NCBI GenBank assembly: GCA_003213375.1
Contig: QCNA01000001.1
Location: 1-62,424, forward strand
DNA: 62,424 nt
Reading direction: 5' to 3'
DNA from: Prochlorococcus sp. AG-424-A03
Lineage (GTDB): Bacteria; Cyanobacteriota; Cyanobacteriia; PCC-6307; Cyanobiaceae
In this document: piece after piece, positions 9,274 to 20,608 of the stretch
How the letters are laid out: every line of letters begins with the position of its first letter
Position numbering within the stretch: the first letter of the stretch is position 1
Translations under genes and position numbers: made by a program
Notes under the pieces: model-generated
What the model was told of the DNA's origin: nothing
The model's database searches: none
What the model saw: only the letters and a program-made list of their open reading frames with translations

Positions 9274-11061
9274 TTATTGATTTTTATTCAGTAAATTCAA
9301 TATATAATTTTCATCTTGAGTATTTATAAAATCTCCGAAATCCAAATCTAAATTACTCTTCCAATTATCAAATAAAGGTTGAAGAGTCTTTTCTAAATCG
9401 TTAAGTTCCATTCTTTGTAAAAATGGTTTAGCAAGCCTTTGTAGATTTTTACTTCCCCCCAACCATAATTGGTATTTGTTTTGCCCACTTCCAACAAGTG
9501 CTAATTCGGCCATATAAGGCCTGGTACATCCATTCGGACATCCTGTCATTCTAAATAATATTGTCTTTTGTATTTTTAGATCTAATAGTAAATTTTCAAT
9601 CCTTTTTAATACATCGGGTAATATTCTTTCAGCTTCAGTCATTGCAAGACCACAAAGTGGTAGAGCAGGACAAGCTAAAGCGTGTCTTTGTATTTCATTA
9701 ATGTTTTCTAAATTTTCGTATCCAATTTTTGATAGAGATTTTTGAATTTCATCTTTGTTTTTATTGGCGATATTACAAAGTAAAATATCTTGATTAGGTG
9801 TGAGTCTTAAATCTAAATTATATTTTTTAACAATACTTGTGATGGCATTCTTCTTCTCTCCAGATAATCTTCCTGATAATAGTGGTAAACCTACGAAATA
9901 GGAGGTTTTATTTTGTTGATGCCAACCTAGGTAATCAATAAGAACATTATCAGGTTCTTTTCTGATTTTTTTAATTTCTTTTTTGAAATACTTATCAGAA
10001 AGTATCTTCTTGAACCATTTAATACCTTTTCTATGAAGAAGATATTTCATTCTCGAATTTTTTCTTGATTTTCTATCACCATAATCTCTTTGAATAGCCA
10101 CAATGCTTTGTATTAATTCATAAACATGAGGTTCTTCAACATATCCAAGTGGATCTGCAATTCTGGCAAATGTCTCTTCATTATTATGTGTACGACCCAT
10201 ACCACCTCCAACATAGAAGTTGCACCCTTCTAAGTTTCCATCTTTAGAGGTAAAGGCAACTATTCCTATGTCATTGGTAAGAAGATCAACAGAATTGTCC
10301 CCAGGAACTGTAACAGCACATTTGAATTTTCTCGGTAAATAAGTGGAACCATAGAGAGGCTCATCTTTTATCCCACTAAAAATATTATCTTTGAATTGGA
10401 GCTTTCTAATTGCTTCAATATCTTTATCAGGCTTTATGGTGTACTCTAAATCTCCATCAGCCCAAAGCTCTAAAAAAGTCCCCTGGCCAGCCATTGGTGT
10501 AAGAAGATCTGCAACTTTTTTTGCCAATGTTCTTGCAACATTATAGTCTGGCGAATCAAATGGAGCCGCAGGGGCCATAACGTTTCTATTTATGTCTCCA
10601 CATGCAGCCAATGTGGAGCCCATTGAATTTACTATTGTTTTAATTACTTCCTTTAGGTTCTCTTTTCTGATTCCATGCATTTGAAAGGCTTGTCTTGTAG
10701 TGGCCCTAAGTGTTCCATTACCTAGTTTTTCAGATAATGCATCTAATGCTAAAAATAACTTCCCAGGGACTTCACCTCCCGGATTTCTTAACCTAAGCAT
10801 CATTTGCCAATCTTTACTTTTGCCAGGCCTTCTATTTTCCCTGTTATCTTGTTGATAACTACCATGAAATTTTAATAACTGAACTGCATCGTTGGTAAAA
10901 TGATCGCTCTCATTGACTAATTCTGTAGCAAGTGGTTCTTTAAGAAATTGGCTACTTTTTTTAAAATTTTCAAATTTAGAAACTTCTAGTCCATTTGCCA
11001 AACAAACAGTTTCTTCCTTGGCAGAATCTTTTTTCTTTTTTACTTTCTCAACCTTGATCAA
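9274..11061 (-). CDS. sir: Ferredoxin-dependent sulfite reductase
   Basis: LKFHGSYQQDNR, LPRKFK, siroheme/4Fe-4S ligands CPALPLC and GCPNGC. Confidence 0.95.
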   Translation of the reverse strand: MIKVEKVKKKKDSAKEETVCLANGLEVSKFENFKKSSQFLKEPLATELVNESDHFTNDAVQLLKFHGSYQQDNRENRRPGKSKDWQMMLRLRNPGGEVPGKLFLALDALSEKLGNGTLRATTRQAFQMHGIRKENLKEVIKTIVNSMGSTLAACGDINRNVMAPAAPFDSPDYNVARTLAKKVADLLTPMAGQGTFLELWADGDLEYTIKPDKDIEAIRKLQFKDNIFSGIKDEPLYGSTYLPRKFKCAVTVPGDNSVDLLTNDIGIVAFTSKDGNLEGCNFYVGGGMGRTHNNEETFARIADPLGYVEEPHVYELIQSIVAIQRDYGDRKSRKNSRMKYLLHRKGIKWFKKILSDKYFKKEIKKIRKEPDNVLIDYLGWHQQNKTSYFVGLPLLSGRLSGEKKNAITSIVKKYNLDLRLTPNQDILLCNIANKNKDEIQKSLSKIGYENLENINEIQRHALACPALPLCGLAMTEAERILPDVLKRIENLLLDLKIQKTILFRMTGCPNGCTRPYMAELALVGSGQNKYQLWLGGSKNLQRLAKPFLQRMELNDLEKTLQPLFDNWKSNLDLDFGDFINTQDENYILNLLNKNQ

Positions 11062-11148
11062 AGGACCAAAAAATATCTCTTTTTATACATTAGCGAAAAG
11101 CTTATTTAACTGGTAGTAAATTATAGTAAGTGAAGTCATATTTTTTTC

Positions 11149-13312
11149 TTGTCTAAATATTTACTTGAGATAGGAACAGAAGAGTTGCCCGCGAAATTTT
11201 CTCATTCTGTTCTAAAGCAATTTAAATCTCTAATTGAATTTGAATTGGATAAAAAGTTAATCAAATTCGAACATATAGTTGTTACCTCCACACCAAGGAG
11301 GATAGTTCTAATTCTCGAGGGTTTAGTTGATTATTCAGAAGATAAGATAATAGAAAGAAAAGGGCCTAAAGCAAATTCAGCTTATTTAAATGGATGTCCT
11401 ACTAATGCTGCTTTAGGATTTGCTAATAGCTTAGATATAGATGTATGTGAGCTAGAAATAAAAAATACAGAAAAGGGTGATTTTGTATTTGGAAAGAAAA
11501 TTGAGAAAGGACTATCAACAAAAATTTCCTTGTCTTCGATTATCCCAAAATTAGTCAAGAGTCTTCAAGGCCCTCGATTTATGAAATGGGGGGCTGGGAA
11601 CATAAAATTTTCAAGACCTATTAGGTGGATTGCCTCTATTTATAATAATGAAATTCTTGATTTTGATTTTGATGAATGTGATCCAAAGATTAAAATAAGT
11701 AATAAAACAAAAAGTCATAGGCTAATCAATGAAGTTTTAGAAGTTCAGAATCCAGATGAATTTTTTGAATTATTAAAACGAAATAGAGTAATAGCTATTC
11801 GAAAAGAAAGAAAAGAAAAAATTGAAAGTTTAATAAATCAGGCATCTAAATCTTTAAATCTGAAACCTGACCTTTCTGAGGGATTACTAAACGAACTAAC
11901 TGATTTAGTTGAATGGCCAGACTTAATTATTGGTAAATTTAGTGATGAATTTCTTGATCTGCCGGTTGAAGTTCTTTCAACAGTAATGAAAAGTCATCAG
12001 AGATACGTTCCTCTTTTATTGAAAAACAAAAGTTTTTCTAAACTAGATTTAAGCTCTGAAAAAAATATCAGTACAACTTTCTTCGTTATTTCAAATGGCC
12101 TTAAAGAGTCAAATAATAATATTGCAAAAGGTAATGAGAAAGTATTGAGGGCAAGGTTTTCAGATGCAAAGTTTTTCGTAGAAAGTGACAAAAAAGTTGC
12201 TGCAAACGAAAGAAATGAAAAACTTAAATCTGTTTCATATTTGAAAGGACTTGGAAATATATTTCAGAGGGTAGAAAGAATAGAGGAAATTACTAAAAAA
12301 ATTCTTAAATTTTTAAATGATAAGTCTTTAGAAGAAAAAAAAATAATAGAAGTTGCTAAATACTGTAAAAACGATTTATGTAGCGAAATTGTTTTCGAAT
12401 TCCCTGAGCTGCAAGGAATAATGGGTGGTAAATATCTTAAATATGAGGGATTTAGTGAGGATGTTTGCTTGGGTGTCGCTGAACATTATTTACCTTCTTT
12501 TTATAAAGATGCTTTGCCATCTACAAAATATGGTGCAATAGTTTCTATAGCAGATAAGGTCGAAACTTTAATAAGTATATTTATTTCTGGTAAACGTCCC
12601 AGTGGATCATCTGATCCTTATGCCTTAAGAAGAAATTTAAATGGAGTTATTAAAATAATTTGGGGATTATGAACTTGATTTACCTTTAAATAAATTATTT
12701 AACGAACTTATTGATTTTTGGAAAATGGCATTTCCGAATTTAAACTTCTCAAGAGAAACAGTATTTAATGATTTAAATGAATTTTTAGTTCAAAGAATTG
12801 TCAGTCATCTAGAAGAAATATCACTAAGTAAAGAATTAATAAAGGCCGTTTGCTCTTCTGATGAATTATCACAAAAAAGATTATTGAATATTGTTGATCT
12901 TAAAAATAGGATTAAATCTATTATGAATCTTAACGAAAAGGAAAATTTTGTTGAAATCCAGAAGGTAATTTCAAGGGTAAGCAAATTAGCTAAAAATAGT
13001 GATCTTTCAACTGACGTTCTTTCAACAAAAGATTATGTAAACACAAAACTTTTTGAAAAAGATTGTGAATTGAAAGTTTTTGAATTTATTGGAGAATTAG
13101 AAAAACTTTTTTCTGAAGGTTATTGCAATTATTTGGAACTACTAAATTTGTTTGAGAGCAATGTAAACACTATCGAAGATTTATTTGATAATGAAAAGGG
13201 AGTTCTAATAATGTCAGAGGATTTAAAAATAAGAAATAATAGACTCAATTTGTTGAGCTTAATTAGAAATTATTCTCTAAAAATAGCCGACTTTACACTT
13301 TTGAACTCTTAA
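11149..13312 (+). CDS. glyS: Glycine--tRNA ligase beta subunit, with an apparent +1 frameshift in the G run at 12662-12665
   Basis: LLEIGTEELP, EFPELQGIMG, GSSDPYALRR; removing one G gives IIW-DYELDLPLNKLFNELIDFWK-MAFP and joins the two ORFs; ends with NNRLNLL...IADF. Confidence 0.93.
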
Positions 13313-14633
13313 CTTTAATGCCTCCCTTTATTGAATAATTTTCTAACATTTTTTCTACTTCTTTATTTTCCCTAACAGCACTATCAACGGGTTTATATTT
13401 TAGAGGTGCTAGGGCTTTCCCTCTTAAAATCGAACCAAGTGTAAGCATTGTAATTTTAAGTTGCTGTAATGGTTTCATGGCGACAACTCTTTTGTATAAG
13501 TAACTATCAAAAGTAAGTCTTTGAACATCCATGTCATCGCACATCTCAACAAAGGCTTCTCTTGCAGAATCATTTCTGTAGAAAATATTTTGAAGGATTT
13601 CTAGCACTTTATAAGTTGTGCCATATTTTTTATCCCATTTTTTAAGATAGTTTTTTAAATCTTTTTCTGATGGAATTACTTGACCGTTTTTTGATGCTTC
13701 AACAATTTCTTCAGCACACATTCTTCCACTTTTTGCAGCAAAATAAATGCCCTCTCCAGAACTTTTTGTAACATAACCAGCTGCATCACCAACCAATGCC
13801 ATTCTCCCAACTACTCTTCTTGGCCTTGGATGCTCAGGTATAGGGTGAGCTTCTACCTTTATTACTTCACCATTAACAAGTCTTTTCTTTGCCCTATTCC
13901 TTACACCCTCTTGAAGTCCTTTAATTAATGACTGATTCTTTTGCATGGTTCCAGTGCCTACAGCAACATGATCATATTTAGGAAATACCCACCCATAAAA
14001 ATCAGGAGAAACATCAGTTCCTACATACATTTCAGCAAGATCTTCGTAGTAACTCATTTCTTCTTTAGGCAATTTAATTCTTTCTTGAAATGCTATTGCA
14101 ACTTTGTAATCTCCTGCATCCATTGCTTTTGCAACTCTGCTATTGGCTCCATCAGCTCCGATCAAAATGTCAACAGTAAGCTCTTTGAGTTCCCCTTTTT
14201 TATCTCCATTCGCAAAATCTGAATAGGAAAGCGTATATGGCCCTTGATTATTGTCGCCAGTATCAATAGAAGTAACTAATCCATTTATTAATGTAGCACC
14301 AAGATCTGATGCCCTGTTGCGCATAAAGGCATCCATAACTTCCCTTCTACACATCCCGATAAACTCATTATCACTTTTTCCATAAACTCTATCTAAACTT
14401 ATATCCACCTCTCTATTTGATGGAGATATCATTCTCATATGCCTTACTTTTCTATCAATAATTGACTCAGGCAAATCAAATTCTTCGACCATGCACAGTG
14501 GAATTGCTCCTCCACATGGTTTTGCATTATCTAATTTTCTCTCGAAGAGCCAAGTTTTTATCCCAGCTTTAGCAAGTATTTCTGCAGCACATGAACCACT
14601 TGGACCTCCACCAATAACAGCTACTCTCAACAT
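13293..14633 (-). CDS. chlP: Geranylgeranyl reductase
   Basis: VAVIGGGPSG, AKPCGGAIP and GDAAGYVTKSSGEGIY motifs. Confidence 0.97.
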   Translation of the reverse strand: MLRVAVIGGGPSGSCAAEILAKAGIKTWLFERKLDNAKPCGGAIPLCMVEEFDLPESIIDRKVRHMRMISPSNREVDISLDRVYGKSDNEFIGMCRREVMDAFMRNRASDLGATLINGLVTSIDTGDNNQGPYTLSYSDFANGDKKGELKELTVDILIGADGANSRVAKAMDAGDYKVAIAFQERIKLPKEEMSYYEDLAEMYVGTDVSPDFYGWVFPKYDHVAVGTGTMQKNQSLIKGLQEGVRNRAKKRLVNGEVIKVEAHPIPEHPRPRRVVGRMALVGDAAGYVTKSSGEGIYFAAKSGRMCAEEIVEASKNGQVIPSEKDLKNYLKKWDKKYGTTYKVLEILQNIFYRNDSAREAFVEMCDDMDVQRLTFDSYLYKRVVAMKPLQQLKITMLTLGSILRGKALAPLKYKPVDSAVRENKEVEKMLENYSIKGGIKVKSSKV

Positions 14634-14746
14634 ATGAAAAAAAAATAATACTGTATTAAAAAACTACATCTTTTTTGCTTATAAAAGTGCATTTCGTAAA
14701 ATAATAGTTAATATCGAAATATGTTTTCGAAGTTCATCTATAAATA

Positions 14747-15466
14747 TTGAAACAAAACAAAGATTTAAATCAAATAGATATACCTCTAGCCAAAAGAATC
14801 TACATAAATAATTCCAACTCAATATCATTTAAAAAATTTTTAATTTTTTCTCCATTTCTTTTACTTCTTTTTTCTTATGCTGCATTGCGGTTGATTAAAA
14901 ATATAGAACAGATCCCTTTTATCAATCTCAATTTTCAGGCTGAGAAAAATCAAGATAATAGAATTTTGGGCCATTTACCCTATGCGGAAATTCCAAAGGG
15001 GAAATTAGTTCTAATAGAGCCCAATATTGAAGTTCATATTGATATGCGTGATTCTTTATTGAATATGAGAAAAGAAGCGAGAAAGGATGGGATATATTTG
15101 GTCTTCTTAAGTGGTTATAGATCAATAAATTTGCAAAAAGAAATTTTCTATTCTCTAAAATCTTTTAGAAATCAAGAAGCGTCCGAAAGAGCTAGAGTTT
15201 CAGCTCCCCCAGGCTATTCTGAACACAGTACTGGTTTTGCAATTGATATTGGTGATGCCACTCAAAGAGAAACAGATTTTGAGACAGAATTTCAAAATAC
15301 TGACGCCTTTAAATGGTTAATAAAAAATGCAGCTAAATTTCACTTTAAGTTATCGTTCACCAAAGATAATAAATTTATAGATTATGAACCTTGGCATTGG
15401 AGATATGAAGGATCAATTGATGCTTTAAAAGTTTTTGAAAGTTCTAATAGAAAATCAAAAATCTAA
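14747..15466 (+). CDS. D-Ala-D-Ala carboxypeptidase (M15B, VanY-like) with N-terminal membrane anchor
   Basis: SGYRS, SAPPGYSEHSTGFAID, YEPWHWRY; hydrophobic N-terminal segment. Confidence 0.88.
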   Translation: MKQNKDLNQIDIPLAKRIYINNSNSISFKKFLIFSPFLLLLFSYAALRLIKNIEQIPFINLNFQAEKNQDNRILGHLPYAEIPKGKLVLIEPNIEVHIDMRDSLLNMRKEARKDGIYLVFLSGYRSINLQKEIFYSLKSFRNQEASERARVSAPPGYSEHSTGFAIDIGDATQRETDFETEFQNTDAFKWLIKNAAKFHFKLSFTKDNKFIDYEPWHWRYEGSIDALKVFESSNRKSKI

Positions 15467-15589
15467 TTTATTTATAAAATTATTCAATATGATTATGTTT
15501 TTCAAAGTCTTAAAAAGAAAATTCTCATAATAAGCATCCTTTGAGTTAGCCTTAATAAAGTCAATTAACTATTTATATAAATTTTATAA

Positions 15590-17386
15590 ATGTCATCTTC
15601 TGTAAAAGAAATTAGGAATGTTGCAATTATTGCCCACGTAGATCATGGCAAAACAACTCTTGTGGATGCATTGTTATCTCAATCAGGAATATTTAGAGAC
15701 AATGAAGTCATTCCTGCATGTGTAATGGATTCGAATGATCTTGAAAGAGAAAGAGGAATAACAATACTCTCAAAAAATACTGCAGTGAACTACAAAGATA
15801 CCAGGATTAACATTATTGATACACCCGGACATGCAGATTTTGGAGGAGAAGTCGAGAGGGTTTTGGGAATGGTTGATGGTTGTTTGCTTATTGTGGATGC
15901 AAATGAGGGGCCGATGCCTCAAACAAGGTTTGTTTTAAAAAAAGCATTAGAAAAAGGACTTAGGCCTATAGTTTTTGTAAATAAAATTGATAGACCAAGA
16001 GTAGTACCAGAAATAGCAATTGATAAGGTCCTTGACTTATTCTTAGAATTAGGAGCTGATGATGATCAATGTGATTTCCCTTATCTTTTTGGAAGCGGCC
16101 TATCTGGTTTTGCAAAAGAAGAGATGGAATCTAGTAGCGACAATATGATGCCTCTTTTTGAGGCTATTATCAGACATGTACCACCTCCAGTAGGTGATGC
16201 AAATAAGCCTCTTCAGCTACAAATAACTACTTTGGACTATTCTGATTTCTTGGGCAGAATTGTAATTGGGAAAATTCATAATGGAACTATAAAAAATGGT
16301 CAACAAGCTAGTTTAATCAAAGAAAATGGTAAAACTATTAAAGGAAAGGTTAGTAAACTACTTGGATTTGAAGGATTACAAAGGATTGATATAAATGAAG
16401 CATTTGCAGGAGATATAGTTGCCGTTTCTGGTTTCGATGACGTCAATATCGGTGAGACCATAGCATGTCCCGATTCGCCCCATCCACTTCCACTAATCAA
16501 AGTAGATGAACCCACCTTAAATATGACTTTTGTTGTAAATGATTCTCCATTTGCAGGTAAAGAGGGGAAATTTGTTACTAGTAGACAATTAAAAAATAGA
16601 CTAGAAAGGGAACTTTTAACAAATGTTGCGCTAAGGGTCGAAGAAACTGATTCTCCTGATAGGTTCTCAGTCTCAGGAAGAGGAGAATTACATTTAGGTA
16701 TTTTGATTGAAACTATGAGAAGAGAAGGGTTCGAGTTTCAAATTTCACAACCTCAAGTAATTTTTAGAGAAATTGATAATGTTGAATGTGAGCCTATAGA
16801 GACTTTGGTCCTTGATGTGCCTGAAGTATCCGTTGGTTCTTGTATAGAAAAACTTGGATCGAGAAAGGCAGAGATGAAAAATATGCAGACAAGTTCAGAT
16901 GGGAGAACTCAATTAGAGTTTCTTGTACCATCAAGAGGACTAATAGGATTTCGTGGAGAATTTGTTCGGATAACAAGAGGTGAGGGTATCATGAGTCATT
17001 CATTTTATGAATATAAACCTAAAACAGGAGATTTTGAAACTAGAAGAAATGGAGTCCTTATAGCTTTTGAGGAAGGTGTGGCCACATTCTATGCATTAAA
17101 GAATGCTGAAGATAGGGGAGTCTATTTCATTAAACCTGGAGTTAAAGTTTATAAGGGAATGATAATTGGAGAGAATAATCGACCTCAAGATCTTGAGTTG
17201 AATATATGTAAAACTAAGCAGTTGACTAATATGAGGTCTGCAGGGGCAGAAGAACTTGATACTTTGCAGTCACCTGTTGACATTACCCTTGAAAGAGCAC
17301 TTGAATATATTGGTCCAGATGAAATGCTAGAGGTAACACCGGATTCAATAAGAATGAGAAAAATAAATAAAAAGAAAAGAAATTAA
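15590..17386 (+). CDS. typA: Translational GTPase TypA/BipA
   Basis: [28 protein letters not shown]; C-terminal [11 protein letters not shown]. Confidence 0.98.
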   Translation: MSSSVKEIRNVAIIAHVDHGKTTLVDALLSQSGIFRDNEVIPACVMDSNDLERERGITILSKNTAVNYKDTRINIIDTPGHADFGGEVERVLGMVDGCLLIVDANEGPMPQTRFVLKKALEKGLRPIVFVNKIDRPRVVPEIAIDKVLDLFLELGADDDQCDFPYLFGSGLSGFAKEEMESSSDNMMPLFEAIIRHVPPPVGDANKPLQLQITTLDYSDFLGRIVIGKIHNGTIKNGQQASLIKENGKTIKGKVSKLLGFEGLQRIDINEAFAGDIVAVSGFDDVNIGETIACPDSPHPLPLIKVDEPTLNMTFVVNDSPFAGKEGKFVTSRQLKNRLERELLTNVALRVEETDSPDRFSVSGRGELHLGILIETMRREGFEFQISQPQVIFREIDNVECEPIETLVLDVPEVSVGSCIEKLGSRKAEMKNMQTSSDGRTQLEFLVPSRGLIGFRGEFVRITRGEGIMSHSFYEYKPKTGDFETRRNGVLIAFEEGVATFYALKNAEDRGVYFIKPGVKVYKGMIIGENNRPQDLELNICKTKQLTNMRSAGAEELDTLQSPVDITLERALEYIGPDEMLEVTPDSIRMRKINKKKRN

Positions 17387-17397
17387 TAATTAGTTTC

Positions 17398-17787
17398 ATG
17401 AACGAAGAAAGTGCAAAAAGTTTTAAAGATTCTCTTATTAATGCTTTAAATCTTTTTAATAATCATGAATGGTATGAAGCTCATGATGCTTTTGAAGAAA
17501 TATGGAATTCCGTTGATGGTGACGAAAGACAAGTTATCCAGGGAATTTTGCAAGTATCTGTTTCGCAGTTTCACTTAAGTAAGGGTAATTTAAATGGAGC
17601 TACTATTCTGCTTGGAGAGGGTTTAGGTAGAATAAAAACTAGAACTAAGATTAATTTAGGAATTGATCTTGAATCATTCTGCCTATGTTTGGAAGATTTA
17701 TTGAGGAAATTACAATATAAAGAGCAATTAAGTGAGAACGATAAGCCTTTTTTGAAACCTCTTCATAAATACAAATATTATGAATAA
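17398..17787 (+). CDS. DUF309 family protein
   Basis: LFNNHEWYEAHDAFEEIW...QGILQ motif. Confidence 0.85.
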   Translation: MNEESAKSFKDSLINALNLFNNHEWYEAHDAFEEIWNSVDGDERQVIQGILQVSVSQFHLSKGNLNGATILLGEGLGRIKTRTKINLGIDLESFCLCLEDLLRKLQYKEQLSENDKPFLKPLHKYKYYE

Positions 17788-17868
17788 ATCTTTATCTTCA
17801 ATGAAATTATTATTTTTTATCCCTTTTTTTTTCCAAGAAAACAAGAAAACTAATAGATCTCAAGAAAA

Positions 17869-18597
17869 ATGAACCTAAATATTCATAATGTATCCCTTTC
17901 AATTAGAGGAAGATTAATCGTAGATGATGTTTCCATAACTGTTAATCCAGGGGAAGTTGTAGGTTTGATGGGACCTAATGGTGCTGGGAAAACTACAACT
18001 TTTAATCTTGCAGTTGGGAATATAAAACCAGATAAAGGTGAAATTGTAATGAATGGAAAAAATATAACCAATCTTCCTCTACCTGTTAGATCGAGACTTG
18101 GGTTAGGTTACTTAACTCAGGAAGCAAGTATATTTAGAGACCTTACTGTTAAGGATAATATAGATTTGGCTTTACAAAATTCATCTTATAGTAGAGCAGC
18201 TATTAGAAATAGAAGAGAACAATTAATTAATGAATTTAATTTGAATAATTTTGTAGATAATTTTGGTTATCAACTTTCAGGAGGAGAAAGGAGGAGATGT
18301 GAAATAGCTAGGGCGCTCACTGTAGGCAGAAAAGGACCTAAATATTTGTTATTAGACGAACCTTTTGCTGGGATCGATCCTCTAGCTGTTAATGATCTAA
18401 AGAAACTAATTCTTAAATTAAGTAGTGATGGGGTCGGGATTCTCATTACAGACCATAATGTGAGGGAAACCCTTTTAATTACTAACAAATCATATGTATT
18501 AAGTGAAGGAAAAATTTTAGCTAACGGCTCATCAAGTGAATTGGCTGATAATCCAATAGTCAAGAAGTATTATCTAGGAGATAATTTCAAACTTTGA
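17869..18597 (+). CDS. lptB: LPS export ABC transporter ATP-binding protein
   Basis: GPNGAGKTT, GYLTQEASIFR, LSGGERRR, LDEPFAGIDP, ITDHNVRETL, YLG end. Confidence 0.92.
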   Translation: MNLNIHNVSLSIRGRLIVDDVSITVNPGEVVGLMGPNGAGKTTTFNLAVGNIKPDKGEIVMNGKNITNLPLPVRSRLGLGYLTQEASIFRDLTVKDNIDLALQNSSYSRAAIRNRREQLINEFNLNNFVDNFGYQLSGGERRRCEIARALTVGRKGPKYLLLDEPFAGIDPLAVNDLKKLILKLSSDGVGILITDHNVRETLLITNKSYVLSEGKILANGSSSELADNPIVKKYYLGDNFKL

Positions 18598-18711
18598 AAT
18601 CCTTTTTAAAAAATAAATTAAAACTTTATTATTAAAGATTTACTCATATATGAATGATTTTAATTATTATTTGGTTGTCATTAAATATTAAAACTTGAGA
18701 AATTTCTAGAA

Positions 18712-19641
18712 ATGATACTAGATAATTTTTTTAAAAATTTTTTATATGAACCGGTTTCAGTTTTAGGTATTTTAGTTTTTTATTTTTTATTAATTAACTT
18801 ACCAATATCTTTGGGTGCAGTTTTTAAAAAAAAGTCTTCTTCTGCTGTAAGACTTATTACGATTTTAGTGAACTTATTGATAACATTACAATTACTTTTT
18901 AGGTGGTCAATTTCTGGGCACTTTCCTATTAGCAATTTGTATGAATCTCTTTATTTCCTTACTTGGGGTATCACATTAGGTCAACTATTGGTTGAAAGAG
19001 AATACCAAGCTCCAATAATCCCCTCAATAGCTATACCTATTGAGTTACTGACTGTGGCTTTTGCTTGTTTTGTTTTACCTGAGGATTTGAAATTATCGTC
19101 CAACTTAGTTCCAGCTTTGAGGTCTAGTTGGTTAGTGATGCATGTTAGTGTCGTAATGCTTAGTTATGCAGCATTAATAATAGGTTCTTTACTTTCAATG
19201 TCCGTTTTGTTTATTAATAAAAATAAGCCACTTCAAATCAGAAGTAGTTCTACAGGTATAGGAGGATTTAAAATTTCAAATATCTATCCTTTAAATAATT
19301 TAGTTGAACCTATTGAATTTTCTCATTCAGAAGAATTAGATACATTAAGTTATCGTTCTATATTAATCGGCTTTGTTCTTTTAACTCTTGGTTTAATTTC
19401 AGGTGCGGTCTGGGCTAATGAGGCTTGGGGAACATGGTGGAGTTGGGATCCAAAAGAAACATGGGCATTTATCTCATGGTTATTTTATGCCGCTTATCTG
19501 CATATGAGAATAAGCAAGGGTTGGCAAGGACGTAGACCAGCATTATTGGCATCTACAGGCTTTTTAGTAGTTTTAGTATGTTATTTAGGAGTTAATTTCT
19601 TAGGAATAGGGTTACATAGTTATGGCTGGATATTTGGGTGA
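18712..19641 (+). CDS. ccsA: System II cytochrome c biogenesis protein (CcsA/CcsB)
   Basis: GHFPISNLYES and WWD domain WANEAWGTWWSWDPKETW; ends GLHSYG. Confidence 0.95.
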   Translation: MILDNFFKNFLYEPVSVLGILVFYFLLINLPISLGAVFKKKSSSAVRLITILVNLLITLQLLFRWSISGHFPISNLYESLYFLTWGITLGQLLVEREYQAPIIPSIAIPIELLTVAFACFVLPEDLKLSSNLVPALRSSWLVMHVSVVMLSYAALIIGSLLSMSVLFINKNKPLQIRSSSTGIGGFKISNIYPLNNLVEPIEFSHSEELDTLSYRSILIGFVLLTLGLISGAVWANEAWGTWWSWDPKETWAFISWLFYAAYLHMRISKGWQGRRPALLASTGFLVVLVCYLGVNFLGIGLHSYGWIFG

Positions 19642-19662
19642 TTTGTTAGTCTCCCATTATAT

Positions 19663-20421
19663 TTATTGAGGTTCAGAAAGAACATTCCCCTCTTGAGCTT
19701 CTTTCGCAACTTTTCTCAAGTCATCACATCCCTCTTTTAATGTTGGGTAAGCAAACATTCCACTACCTGCAATAAAACAATTAGCTCCAGCATCTGCACA
19801 TTGTGAAATAGTCCAATTTGCTTTTATTCCCCCATCAACTTCGATGTCGACATTTAAGTTTTTTTCAATAACAAAGTTTCTTATTTCTCTGATTTTATTA
19901 AGCATTGTTGGTATATAAGCTTGTCCGCCAAAGCCTGGATTAACTGTCATAACTAAAACATGATCAACCATATCCATAATGTTTTTAATCATTTCAAAAG
20001 GAGTATGAGGGTTTAATGCAACAGAAGGAGATCCTCCTAAATCTCTTATCCTTCCGAGAACTCTATGCAAATGAATATTTGCTTCGGCATGAGCTATTAC
20101 TACTCCTGGTTCACCATTCGCTCCCTTTGTAGCGTTTACATAAGATTCAAGCATTGTTTCACAGTTGTATTGACTCACCATTAATTGAGTTTCAAAAGGG
20201 ACGTTGCAATATTTCCTGCATGCCTCAATCATTTCAGGACCGAATGTAAGATTTGGCACGAAATTCCCATCCATTACATCAAATTGAATTCTATCTACCC
20301 CAGCTTCTTCTAGCTCTTTAACACATGCCCCCATATTTGCCCAATCTGCTGGTAAAACTGAAGGAATTATTTGAATTGGTCTATTAACACCAGCTAAAAT
20401 TGTTTGATTTGACTCAGTCAT
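19663..20421 (-). CDS. rpe: Ribulose-phosphate 3-epimerase with atypical metal site
   Basis: PSVL, DVMDGNFVPNLTFG, MTVNPGFGGQ, EVDGG, AGS; both canonical His ligands read as Gln. Confidence 0.93.
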   Translation of the reverse strand: MTESNQTILAGVNRPIQIIPSVLPADWANMGACVKELEEAGVDRIQFDVMDGNFVPNLTFGPEMIEACRKYCNVPFETQLMVSQYNCETMLESYVNATKGANGEPGVVIAHAEANIHLHRVLGRIRDLGGSPSVALNPHTPFEMIKNIMDMVDHVLVMTVNPGFGGQAYIPTMLNKIREIRNFVIEKNLNVDIEVDGGIKANWTISQCADAGANCFIAGSGMFAYPTLKEGCDDLRKVAKEAQEGNVLSEPQ

Positions 20422-20608
20422 TTAATTTTTAAAATATTTAATAAAGATACTATATTTAGTTGTTTATTCCTAATTTCAAGTCACGGCCTGATAAAGTATC
20501 ACCTGTAAAGAGTTAAAAAAAGCTTACTAGCATAATAATTCTTATAAAAAATGACATTTTTTATGAGATCATACTCAAAACCTTTAAGAAAATCCTCAAA
20601 ATTTAATT

